Assembly: GCA_037444405.1 (NCBI GenBank)
Contig: JBBIML010000011.1
Location: forward strand, 4,643-68,642
Origin: Armatimonadota bacterium
GTDB lineage: Bacteria > Armatimonadota > Fimbriimonadia > Fimbriimonadales > GBS-DC
Reading direction: 5' to 3'
Length of the DNA stretch: 64,000 bases
Shown here: in pieces, positions 42,978 to 51,521 of the stretch
How positions within the stretch are numbered: position 1 is the stretch's first letter
Layout of the letters: every line of letters begins with the position of its first letter
Position numbers and translations under genes: made by a program
Notes under the pieces: model-generated
The model's input: the letters and a program-made list of their open reading frames with translations, nothing else
What the model was told of the DNA's origin: nothing
Database searches by the model: none

Positions 42978-44960
42978 ATGAAAAGCTGGCTGAAGTACCT
43001 GACTGGAGCTGTGGTGTTGATTGTGGTGATCGCGATTGTGCTGGTAGTGCGCAATATGCGCCAGACGGCTCTACCAGCTGGTTTACCTGCAGACGCGCTG
43101 TCAGTTGCACGCGAGCGCGGTCTGACCCCCGACGATGTGTATGCTGCGCTGGCGACCTATGTGCCAGGCGGCAAACCCGACGAGTATGTGATGTTCGCCT
43201 CGGCTGGACACGGCGGACAGGTGATCGCCATCGGCATCCCCTCGATGCGCATTCTGAAGGTGATCGCCGTGTTCGCTCCGGAACCGTGGCAGGGCTATGG
43301 CTATGGTGTGAAGGAGAACCCGCTCCATGAGCTGTACGGGCGTGGTCCCTATCCCGCTGCGGACACGCATCACCCCGCCTTGAGTGAGACCAACGGCGAA
43401 TATGATGGGCAGTTCCTGTTCATCGGTGATAAGGCGAACGGGCGCGTTGCCGTGATCGACCTGCGCGACTGGGAGACCAAGCAGATTGTGAAGAACCCCG
43501 TGTTCGAGAACAACCACGGCGCGGCGTTCGTCACGCCCAACACCGAGTATGTGGTGGAGGTCTCGCAATACGGCTTACCGCTGGGCAACAAATACGCGCC
43601 GATCGAGCGCTACAAGGAGGAGTATCGCGGGCTGATTACTTTCTGGAAGTTCGACCGCAAGAAGGGGCGGATTATCCCGGAGCAGTCGTTCGGCATCGAG
43701 GTGCCGCCTTACTGGCAGGACCTTGCCGATTGCGGTAAGGCTGCCAGCGACGGCTGGGTGTTCGTGAACTCCTTCAACACCGAGCTGGCGACAGGCGGCA
43801 TCGAGAAGGGTCGGCCGCCCTTCGAAGCGGGCGTTTCCCAGAACGACATGGACTACCTCCATATCATCAACTGGAAGCAGGCGGAGAAACTGGTTCAGCA
43901 GGGCAAGTTCGTCACCATTAATGGCTTCAAGGTGCTGCCGCTGAAGGAGGCGGTCGCGGGTGGCGTGCTTTACTTTACTCCTGAGCCGAAAAGCCCGCAC
44001 GGCGTCGATGTGTGCCCCTGCGGGAAGCATATCGTGGTCGGCGGCAAGTTAGACCCGCATGTCACCATCTACAACATCGAGAAGATTAAGCAGGCGATTG
44101 CCCGCAAGGACTACGAGAAGATCGACCCGTACGGTGTGCCCGTGCTGCGATTCGACGCCACCAAAGAGGCGCAGGTGGAGGTGGGGCTGGGACCGCTGCA
44201 CACCCAGTTCGACGACAAGGGCTACGCCTACACCAGCCTGTTCCTGGACACGGCGGTCGCCCGCTGGACGCTGGGCGATTGCAAATACAAAGCGCCGGAA
44301 GAGCCGTGGAAGCTGGTGGGCAAGATTCAGACCCACTACAACATCGGGCACCTCGCCGTAACGGAGGGCGACACGGTCAACCCGCAGGGCAAGTACCTCG
44401 TCGCGCTCAACAAGTGGTCGGTGGACCGCTTTGCGAACGCTGGTCCGCTGCTGCCGCAGAACCTGCAGCTGATTGATGTTAGCAACACGGGCGAGACTAT
44501 GCGCCTGCTGTACGATATGCCTGTGGGCATCGGTGAGCCGCACTATGCCCAGATTATCCGCGCCGACCGCCTGAAGAGCTGGGAGGTCTACCCCGAAGTC
44601 GGCTGGGACGCGCACCAGCAGGCGAAAAGCCCGCATGCCGCGACCAAAGGGCGCGTCGAGGTGCGCGGCAATACCGTCACGATTTACCAGACGCAGATCC
44701 GCAGCCACTTCGAGCCGGAGCATATCAAGGTGAAGAAGGGTCAGCGGGTCATCTGGCATCTTACCAACCTGGAGCGCACGCGCGACGCCACTCACGGCTT
44801 CACCCTGCCCGGCTACGGGATCAGCGCGAGCATCGAACCCGGTGAGACCGTCACGATTGAGTTCGTGGCGGATAAGGAAGGGGTCTACTCCTTCTACTGC
44901 ACGGAGTTCTGCTCCGCGCTGCACCTGGAGATGATGGGCTATCTGCTGGTGGAGCCGTGA
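42978..44960 (+). CDS. nosZ: Nitrous-oxide reductase, clade II (Sec-type/TM N-terminus)
   Basis: Hydrophobic N-terminus MKSWLKYLTGAVVLIVVIAIVLVV has no twin-arginine motif. The beta-propeller His ligands are present, and the C-terminal CuA site reads FYCTEFCSALHLEMMGYLLV. Confidence 0.95.
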   Translation: MKSWLKYLTGAVVLIVVIAIVLVVRNMRQTALPAGLPADALSVARERGLTPDDVYAALATYVPGGKPDEYVMFASAGHGGQVIAIGIPSMRILKVIAVFAPEPWQGYGYGVKENPLHELYGRGPYPAADTHHPALSETNGEYDGQFLFIGDKANGRVAVIDLRDWETKQIVKNPVFENNHGAAFVTPNTEYVVEVSQYGLPLGNKYAPIERYKEEYRGLITFWKFDRKKGRIIPEQSFGIEVPPYWQDLADCGKAASDGWVFVNSFNTELATGGIEKGRPPFEAGVSQNDMDYLHIINWKQAEKLVQQGKFVTINGFKVLPLKEAVAGGVLYFTPEPKSPHGVDVCPCGKHIVVGGKLDPHVTIYNIEKIKQAIARKDYEKIDPYGVPVLRFDATKEAQVEVGLGPLHTQFDDKGYAYTSLFLDTAVARWTLGDCKYKAPEEPWKLVGKIQTHYNIGHLAVTEGDTVNPQGKYLVALNKWSVDRFANAGPLLPQNLQLIDVSNTGETMRLLYDMPVGIGEPHYAQIIRADRLKSWEVYPEVGWDAHQQAKSPHAATKGRVEVRGNTVTIYQTQIRSHFEPEHIKVKKGQRVIWHLTNLERTRDATHGFTLPGYGISASIEPGETVTIEFVADKEGVYSFYCTEFCSALHLEMMGYLLVEP

Positions 44961-44973
44961 GACCTCTCCACTG

Positions 44974-45005
44974 GGGGCAGGGGACGCCCCCCTGCCCCAC
45001 TTTTT
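44974..45005 (+). terminator. Rho-independent terminator after nosZ
   Basis: Stem ggggcagggg/cccctgcccc with loop acgcc, then acTTTTT. Confidence 0.75.
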
Positions 45006-45029
45006 GGACGCACGCCCAAAAGCAAGATC

Positions 45030-45136
45030 GGGCATCCTGCCCAAGATGGAATAAAGTAGCCCGGGCATCCTGCCCGGGATGAGGCAAAGTGGCTTGAGCA
45101 TTCTGCTCAAGGGATTTCACAGGCAAGATGCCTGTG
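45030..45136. repeat. Array of four short GC hairpins (GCA-N3-TGC cores) between nosZ and the nosBDFY ORF
   Basis: gGGCAtccTGCCc (45030-45042), cccGGGCAtccTGCCCggg (45060-45078), cttGAGCAttcTGCTCaag (45093-45111), cacAGGCAagaTGCCTgtg (45118-45136). A related tGGGCAtccTGCCCa lies at 49003-49017. Confidence 0.7.
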
Positions 45137-45170
45137 CTACGACGAAAGAGTCTGGTGAGGAGGAATAACT

Positions 45171-48100
45171 ATGGCAACAACTGGTCACTGTCCAAGAGAG
45201 GTTCGAAACAAAGTGATGCTGGGCGTCGCGGCGTTGCTGGTGTTCATCTCCATCTGGCTGCCCTACTGGCAGATGCACATCGTCGCGCCGCAGTACCCGA
45301 AAGGGTTGAATGTGATTGTCTATGTAACGGGCGCAGGCGGCGATGTGCGCGAGGTGGATGGACTGAACCACTATATCGGCATGCGTCCACTGGGCGAGGC
45401 GGCGCCTTTTGAACGCAAAATCTCGGTGCCCGGTTTGAGCGCGATTGCGCTTGCGCTGCTTTTCATCATGCTCATTCCGCGCGCCCCACGCTGGTTCCAG
45501 ATTCTGCTGGCGTTGCCCGTGTGGGCGGTTCCGTTCGTGTTCGCAGGCGACCTCTACTACTGGTTGCGTGAATACGGCTTGAATCTGGACCCTAAAGCGC
45601 CGCTGAGCGCGATGATCAAGCCCTTTATCCCGCCGCTGGTCGGACCAGGCAAGGTGGGACAGTTCCATGTGATTGCGTGGTTCCATATCGGCTACTTTGT
45701 GGTGATCGCAGCGGGCGTGCTGACGCTGATTGCCATCCGGCAGCGGTTCCGGTGTGAGCAGTTGCGGCAGGCGGTGCCAGCGATAGCGAAAGCTGCTGCC
45801 GCGCTCCTGCTGATGGTCGTTCTGCCGAACGGCTGGGCGCACGAATGGGTCATCAGCCCACAAAGCGACCAGAGCCTGCAGGCGGTCATCCAGCAGGCGC
45901 GGGCAGGCGACACCATTCGGGTGATTGGCGGCGAATATCGGGGCAACTTCATCGTTGACAAGACGCTCACTCTGGTGGGCGAGCGCTCCCCCGTCCTCGA
46001 CGGCGAGCGGCGGGGGAGCGTCATTCACCTCAAAGCGCCCCGATGCGTCCTCAAGGGCTTCATCATTCGCAACAGCGGTATCACGCTCAGCACCCAGGAT
46101 AGCGGCGTGCGGGTCTCCGCACCCAATTGTATCGTGGAAAACAATCGCATCGAGCAGGTGCTGTTCGGCGTCCATCTGGAGCATGCCGACCGAACAGTTA
46201 TTCGCAATAACGAAATCTATTCGCATGACCTGCCCATCGCTCGACGCGGCGACCAGATTCGAATCTGGTACAGCCACCACACCCTTGTGGAGGGCAATCA
46301 GGTGGTGGGCGGGCGCGATCTGGTCTTCTGGTATTCGGAGGGGCTGACCATCCGCAACAATCGCGTGCGCAACAGCCGCTACGGTATCCACTTCATGTAT
46401 TGTAACGATAGCCATGTGGAGAGCAACCTGCTGGAGAACAACTCGGTGGGCATCTACATTATGTATAGCGAGGGGGTGCAGGTGCGCGGGAATCAGATTC
46501 TGAACTCGCGCGGACCGAGCGGTATGGGGCTGGGCATTAAAGACGGCTACCGCCTGCTGATTGAAAAGAATCTGGTTGCGCACAATCGCACGGGGTTATT
46601 TATTGACAGCGGGGAAGGGGTCTATCGAGAGAACTGGTTTCTGCGCAACGATGTGGGCATCCATCTGGTGTTGGCGGTGAAGCCGAACCGTTTTGAGGCG
46701 AATCGGATGGTGGAGAATATCGAGATGGTGCGGATGGATCGCCCCGATTCGGTGGCGGGCGTGCGCTGGGAGGGCAACTTCTGGAGCGATTACACGGGCT
46801 ATGACGCGAATGGCGATGGCGTCGGCGATGTGCCCTATCGGGCGGTGAGGGTTTTCGATCAGATTGCGGCGCAGAATGCGGCGTTGCGCCTGCTGGCGTA
46901 CAGCCCATCGGCACAGGCGCTCGATTTCGGGGCGCGGCTGTTCCCGCTCTTTGCGCCACAACCGCTGGTGGCAGATGCGCGTCCGCTGGTGCGGGCGGGC
47001 GAGCCGCCACGCCCGATGAGTCCAGCCCAGACACCCTCGCGAGCGAAGGGGCTGCTGTTCATGGCAGGGCTGCTCGCGCTCGGTCTGTTGAGCCTGCGGA
47101 CGCCGGGCACCTCGCGAGCGGGAAAGTACCGCCCCATCACGAATGGAAAGCCATCCCGGAAGTCGCTCATGAGCCGTTCAGCGAAGCCCGCAATGGTGAT
47201 TCGAGTGGAGCATCTGACCCGGCGATTTGGCAGGCTGGTGGCGGTGGATGATCTCACCTTCGGCGTGCGCGCGGGCGAGACGGTCGCGCTCTGGGGCGCG
47301 AATGGCGCGGGCAAGACCACCATCCTGCGCTGCCTGCTCGGACTGCTGCGCTTTGAGGGGTCGGCATCGGTGCTGGGCTATTCGGTCAAACAGCAGGGCA
47401 CCGCTGTCCGTCAGCGTGTCGGCTATGTGCCCCAGCTTGTTCACCTGCATCCCGATATGAGCGTGCAGGAGACCGCCCAATTTTATGCGCAGTTGCGCGG
47501 CGTTTCAGCGGAGCGTGCCGATGCCCTCCTACGGGAGTGGGGCTTGAGCGAGCATGCTGACAAACCCGTGAGCGCGCTCTCTGGCGGCATGAAGCAGAAG
47601 CTTGCGCTGGTACTGGCGCTGCTGTCCGACCCGCCTGTGCTGCTGCTGGATGAGCCGACCGCCCATCTGGACACCGCCGCCCGCGCCGAATGGCTCCAGC
47701 TGCTGCAACGGCTCAAAGCGCAGGGCAAAACGCTGCTGTTCTGCACGCACCAGTTCAACGAGGTGCGCACGCTTGCCGATCGGGTGGTGGTGCTGGAGCG
47801 CGGGCGCAAGGTGGCGGAGCTGACAGGTGCGCAGTTCGTCGCGCTCTGGCAACGGCATGGCAGCCTGCGATTGTCTGTGCCCCAGGAGCAGGTGCAGGTC
47901 GCCATCGGGATTCTCAAGCAAGCAGGCTACGATGCGCAAGCCGTCGACGGTGTCCTGCTGATTCGCCATCTGGAGGCGAAGCAGGTGGAACCGCTCAGCC
48001 GACTGCTGCAGGGAGGCATCGAGGTGCTGGATTACGAGTGGCGTCCGCCCAGCGAGCCGCCCGACTGGAGCCAGATTCCCGAATCGGTACGCTTCGCGGC

Positions 48101-48992
48101 TCTGACCTCCTCACTTGACGATACACACCCCAACCCCCAGCATAAAGGAGAGAAACCCCCCTTGCGGCGTGTGGTGGGGTTAATCGCAGGCAAAGAGATA
48201 CGCGACGCCCGCCGCAACCGCTGGCTGGTGCTGCTGATGGGCGTCTTTATTCTGCTGTCGCTGCTGTTGACCCTGTTCGGGCTGACGGGCGCAGGCGCGG
48301 GCAGCATGGCGGGCTTCGGGCGCACCTTCGCCAGTCTGCTCAACTTATCGCTGTTGATTGTGCCGCTGATGGGACTGCTGATGGGCGCGCTGAGCATCGC
48401 TTCCGAACGCGATCAGCGCACGCTGGACACCCTGCTGGCTCAACCGCTCACCCCCGCGTCGATTCTTGCGGGCAAGCTGCTCGGCGCCATGCTCGCCCTC
48501 AGCGCCGCTGTCCTGATCGGCTTCGGCAGCAGCGGGTTGCTCATCTACATGGCGGGTGCGAATCTGCCCCTGACGCCCTTCCTGACCCAGCTCCTGCTCA
48601 CCATCCTGCTGGGATGGGGCTGCCTGTCGCTGGGCACGCTCGTGTCGGTGCTGGTGAAGCGGGGTGCAACGGCGGTCGGTATCGCCCTCCTGCTTTGGCT
48701 GATGCTGGTGTTCGTCAGCGATCTGGGGCTGATCGGCACAGCCATCGCGCTCCAGCTGAGGGCGTCCACCCTGCTCTGGCTGACCCTGCTCAACCCGCTG
48801 CAGGTGTTCAAGCTTGCCGTGATCCAGGTGATGGAGGGCAATCTGGAGGTGCTGGGTTCGGCAGGGCTGTACGCGCGCGAGGTGATGGGTGATGCGATTT
48901 TACCCATCCTGTCGGGTATCCTTCTGATGTGGGTCGCGGTTCCGTTACTGCTCGCGCTGCTCTGGTTCGTGCGCCGGGGAGCAGTCGAATGA
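45171..48992 (+). CDS. nosDFY: Single ORF fusing NosB-like membrane module + NosD (beta-helix) + NosF (ABC ATPase) + NosY (ABC permease)
   Basis: 1273 codons with no in-frame stop. aa 1-200 contain 4 TM segments. A signal-like LLLMVVLPNGWA/HEW is followed by NosD repeats (IVENNRIEQVLFGVHLE...IRNNRVRNSRYGIHFMY...). MVIRVEHLTRRFG...GANGAGKTT...LSGGMKQK...LLLDEP is NosF. LIAGKEIRDARRNRWLVLL followed by 6 TM segments is NosY. GAGGAGG precedes ATG 45171. Confidence 0.85.
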   Translation: MATTGHCPREVRNKVMLGVAALLVFISIWLPYWQMHIVAPQYPKGLNVIVYVTGAGGDVREVDGLNHYIGMRPLGEAAPFERKISVPGLSAIALALLFIMLIPRAPRWFQILLALPVWAVPFVFAGDLYYWLREYGLNLDPKAPLSAMIKPFIPPLVGPGKVGQFHVIAWFHIGYFVVIAAGVLTLIAIRQRFRCEQLRQAVPAIAKAAAALLLMVVLPNGWAHEWVISPQSDQSLQAVIQQARAGDTIRVIGGEYRGNFIVDKTLTLVGERSPVLDGERRGSVIHLKAPRCVLKGFIIRNSGITLSTQDSGVRVSAPNCIVENNRIEQVLFGVHLEHADRTVIRNNEIYSHDLPIARRGDQIRIWYSHHTLVEGNQVVGGRDLVFWYSEGLTIRNNRVRNSRYGIHFMYCNDSHVESNLLENNSVGIYIMYSEGVQVRGNQILNSRGPSGMGLGIKDGYRLLIEKNLVAHNRTGLFIDSGEGVYRENWFLRNDVGIHLVLAVKPNRFEANRMVENIEMVRMDRPDSVAGVRWEGNFWSDYTGYDANGDGVGDVPYRAVRVFDQIAAQNAALRLLAYSPSAQALDFGARLFPLFAPQPLVADARPLVRAGEPPRPMSPAQTPSRAKGLLFMAGLLALGLLSLRTPGTSRAGKYRPITNGKPSRKSLMSRSAKPAMVIRVEHLTRRFGRLVAVDDLTFGVRAGETVALWGANGAGKTTILRCLLGLLRFEGSASVLGYSVKQQGTAVRQRVGYVPQLVHLHPDMSVQETAQFYAQLRGVSAERADALLREWGLSEHADKPVSALSGGMKQKLALVLALLSDPPVLLLDEPTAHLDTAARAEWLQLLQRLKAQGKTLLFCTHQFNEVRTLADRVVVLERGRKVAELTGAQFVALWQRHGSLRLSVPQEQVQVAIGILKQAGYDAQAVDGVLLIRHLEAKQVEPLSRLLQGGIEVLDYEWRPPSEPPDWSQIPESVRFAALTSSLDDTHPNPQHKGEKPPLRRVVGLIAGKEIRDARRNRWLVLLMGVFILLSLLLTLFGLTGAGAGSMAGFGRTFASLLNLSLLIVPLMGLLMGALSIASERDQRTLDTLLAQPLTPASILAGKLLGAMLALSAAVLIGFGSSGLLIYMAGANLPLTPFLTQLLLTILLGWGCLSLGTLVSVLVKRGATAVGIALLLWLMLVFVSDLGLIGTAIALQLRASTLLWLTLLNPLQVFKLAVIQVMEGNLEVLGSAGLYAREVMGDAILPILSGILLMWVAVPLLLALLWFVRRGAVE

Positions 48993-49054
48993 GCATAGTG
49001 GATTGGGCATCCTGCCCATATCTTACAGGGGTTCGTGCGCAGGGAGGCAATCGA

Positions 49055-49504
49055 ATGAGGACCTGTCCGCTCCTGATGTTGGCGTTGATCGCGGGCTGTC
49101 AGCCAGCGGATCGCCCGCCCACCATTCGCTACGGGGAGGACGCCTGCGCGAACTGCCGCATGATTATCAACGAGCCGCCCTACGCCTGCGCCGTTGAAAC
49201 CGAGCAGGGCGAACTGCGCAAATACGACGACCTCAACTGCATGGTGCTGGACAGCACGCGCATTAAGCCCCGGCGCTACTGGGTGCATGACTTCGAAAAG
49301 CCTGACCGCTGGCTGGACGGCACGCGGGCGTTCTATGTGCGGGCGGACCATCTTCAGACGCCGATGGGCAGCCGCACGATTGCTCTTGCGACGCGCGAGC
49401 AGGCGGAGCGCAAAGCGCGCGAACTCAACGGCAGGGTGTTCACTTTCGAGCAGATTCGGCAGGAACTCCTGCCGAAAAAACAACCTTCAGAGAGCAGGAG
49501 GTGA
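49055..49504 (+). CDS. nosL: NosL copper-chaperone lipoprotein
   Basis: Lipobox MRTCPLLMLALIAGC, then DACANCRMII...YDDLNCM, the NosL pattern. AGGGAGG at 49041-49047. Confidence 0.85.
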   Translation: MRTCPLLMLALIAGCQPADRPPTIRYGEDACANCRMIINEPPYACAVETEQGELRKYDDLNCMVLDSTRIKPRRYWVHDFEKPDRWLDGTRAFYVRADHLQTPMGSRTIALATREQAERKARELNGRVFTFEQIRQELLPKKQPSESRR

Positions 49505-49509
49505 AGAGG

Positions 49510-50349
49510 ATGGAACGATGGACATATTTCTGGGCGAAGCGCGTTGCCCTCTGGGGCGCAATCGCGCTGATGGTCGTGATGTTCACCAGTTGCAGAGGCG
49601 GTCAGCAGCAGCAACAGGGTCAGCAGCCTGCTGCTCCGCAGGCGCCGTCGGCGCCAACCGGTCAACCGGCTGCAACCGCACCGACGCCGCCACCTGCCCC
49701 CACCGATGGCACAGCCACCATCTTCGGGCTGGTCAAGTTCGAAGGCACGCCGCCCAAGCCAGAACCCATCAGCTTCGGCGCGGAACTGCAGTGCGCTGCC
49801 ATGCACCCCACACCGCCCACCAAAGAAGACCTGGTGGTGAACCCCAACGGCACCCTGCGCTGGACGCTGGTCTATGTGAAGGCGGGACTGCCTGCCGATT
49901 ACAAACCGAGCGTGCCTTCCGAGCCTGTCGTGCTGGATCAAAAAGGGTGCGTGTTTATTCCCCATGTGGTAGCCGTGATGGCGGGGCAGGAGATAATCTT
50001 CCGCAACAGCGACCCCGTGCTGCACAACACGCGCGGCACATCCAAAAACAACGGCAGCTTCAACTACACTCAGCCGAAGCAGGGTGAAGAAACCCGCCAT
50101 GTGTTCAAAAACCCTGAACTGGGCATCAAAACCGTGTGTGATGTGCATCCGTGGATGGTCAGCTACATCCATGTGCTGTCGAACCCCTTCTTCGCCGTGA
50201 TGGGCGAGGACGGCAGCTTCACCATCAAGGGTCTCCCGCCTGGCAAATACACGCTGGAGTTCGTCCACGAGAAGCTGGGCACGCGCACCGTCGAGGTGGA
50301 GGCGAAAGCGAACGCCGTCACTCAAACGGAGGTGGCGTTCAAGCAGTAG
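49510..50349 (+). CDS. Lipoprotein with cupredoxin-like type-1 copper site and C-terminal CarboxypepD_reg-like beta-sandwich
   Basis: Lipobox-like VMFTSC and a Gln/Pro-rich linker. PVLHNT...CDVHPWM gives a His...Cys-x2-His-x2-Met spacing, as in amicyanin/pseudoazurin-type sites. Followed by DGSFTIKGLPPGKYTLEF. AGGAGG lies 9 nt upstream of ATG 49510. Confidence 0.6.
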   Translation: MERWTYFWAKRVALWGAIALMVVMFTSCRGGQQQQQGQQPAAPQAPSAPTGQPAATAPTPPPAPTDGTATIFGLVKFEGTPPKPEPISFGAELQCAAMHPTPPTKEDLVVNPNGTLRWTLVYVKAGLPADYKPSVPSEPVVLDQKGCVFIPHVVAVMAGQEIIFRNSDPVLHNTRGTSKNNGSFNYTQPKQGEETRHVFKNPELGIKTVCDVHPWMVSYIHVLSNPFFAVMGEDGSFTIKGLPPGKYTLEFVHEKLGTRTVEVEAKANAVTQTEVAFKQ

Positions 50350-50362
50350 TGGCGTTCAAACG

Positions 50363-50427
50363 GTAGGGGCGAGGCATGCCTCGCCCCTACCGACCCATAC
50401 CCTCTCCCCCGCTGGGGGAGAGGGTAT
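50363..50427. terminator. Two strong hairpins between convergent genes
   Basis: A 28-nt perfect palindrome gtaggggcgaggc/gcctcgcccctac (50363-50390) and a 14-bp stem ataccctctccccc-gct-gggggagagggtat (50397-50427). Confidence 0.65.
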
Positions 50428-50445
50428 GCTTTGACCTGAACAGGT

Positions 50446-51114
50446 TCAGACGCTCCCCGCCCCGCCCTGTTCGACGCTTTGCGCCTGCAGGCGCACCTGC
50501 AGAATCGTGCGCAATGTTGGAATTGCCTGACGCAGCACCTTCGCGCGGTGGCTGATACGGTTCTTGAAGGCGGGAGGCAGCTCGGCGAGCGTGCAGCCGA
50601 ACGCGGGCAGGTAGAAGATGGGGTCATAGCCGAAGCCGTACTGTCCGCGCGGCGCCTGTGCGATACGCCCCTCCAGCGTGTCTTCAAAAAGGTGCAGGTC
50701 GCCTTCGGGCGTGGCAATCGCGACGGCGCAGCGGAAGCGTGCGGTGCGCCGCTCGTCGGGCACCGCCTGCAATCGCTCCAGTATCAGCCCCATCTTGACG
50801 GTGAAGGGCGTCCGCTCGCTTGCGAATCGGCGCGAGTGCAAGCCGGGTTGACCATCCAGCGCGTCGATCTCCAGCCCCGCGTCGTCCGCCAGCGAGACCT
50901 CGCCGGTGAACCGGGCGCAGGCGCGCGCCTTCAGCGCGGCGTTGCCCGCATAGGTCGATTCGGTCTCTTCAGGCACGGGCGCGTTCGGATAGTCGCACAA
51001 CAGCTGAATCTCCACTGGCAAATCGCGCAGACCCTCGCTCAGCAGCGCAACGATTTCGCGCGACTTGGCGCGATTGTGGCTCGCAATCACCACACGCAGT
51101 CGCTCAGCAGCCAT
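50446..51114 (-). CDS. rdgB: Non-canonical purine NTP pyrophosphatase (RdgB/HAM1)
   Basis: VVIASHNRAKSRE...ETESTYAGNA.LKA...GFGYDPIF matches the family pattern. Confidence 0.9.
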   Translation of the reverse strand: MAAERLRVVIASHNRAKSREIVALLSEGLRDLPVEIQLLCDYPNAPVPEETESTYAGNAALKARACARFTGEVSLADDAGLEIDALDGQPGLHSRRFASERTPFTVKMGLILERLQAVPDERRTARFRCAVAIATPEGDLHLFEDTLEGRIAQAPRGQYGFGYDPIFYLPAFGCTLAELPPAFKNRISHRAKVLRQAIPTLRTILQVRLQAQSVEQGGAGSV

Positions 51115-51520
51115 CGCCCTCCATCAGCAATCGGTTAATCAGCGCCTTGACCCGCTCGCCAATCGTGTCGCGAATGCGGCGGAACTCCTCCATCGGCAGC
51201 CCGACGGGATCGGGGATGTTCCACTGCTCGCGCACGCCCCCGAAGTTCGCAGGGCACAGCGTGTCGGTGGATGCATCGCACAGGCTGACCACCGCATCGA
51301 AGCTGCCCATATCGAACTCCTCCACCGACTTGGGATACTGGCGGGAGATATCGATGCCGATCTCGCGCATGGCTTCGACGGCGAGCGGATGCACCCGCGC
51401 AGCAGGCATCGTGCCCGCGCTGAAGGCGACCACTTTGCCCTGACCGAGCGCGTTGGCGAACCCCTCCGCCATCTGGCTCCGACACGAATTGCCCACACAC
51501 ACAAACAGTATCGTTTTCAT
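51104..51520 (-). CDS. arsC: Arsenate reductase / low-molecular-weight phosphotyrosine phosphatase family (thioredoxin-coupled ArsC type)
   Basis: ILFVCVGNSCRSQMAEG (CX5R P-loop) and a downstream LCDASTDTLCP Cys pair. Confidence 0.8.
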   Translation of the reverse strand: MKTILFVCVGNSCRSQMAEGFANALGQGKVVAFSAGTMPAARVHPLAVEAMREIGIDISRQYPKSVEEFDMGSFDAVVSLCDASTDTLCPANFGGVREQWNIPDPVGLPMEEFRRIRDTIGERVKALINRLLMEGDGC

Positions 51521-51521
51521 C

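Noticed and set aside
45030-45136. Hairpin array considered as a mini-CRISPR
   Set aside because: The units are 13-19 nt with irregular spacing and non-identical sequences, and there are no cas genes. This is inconsistent with a CRISPR array.
45117-46583. 488-aa minus-strand ORF
   Set aside because: Antisense shadow of the NosB-like/NosD part of the nos ORF.
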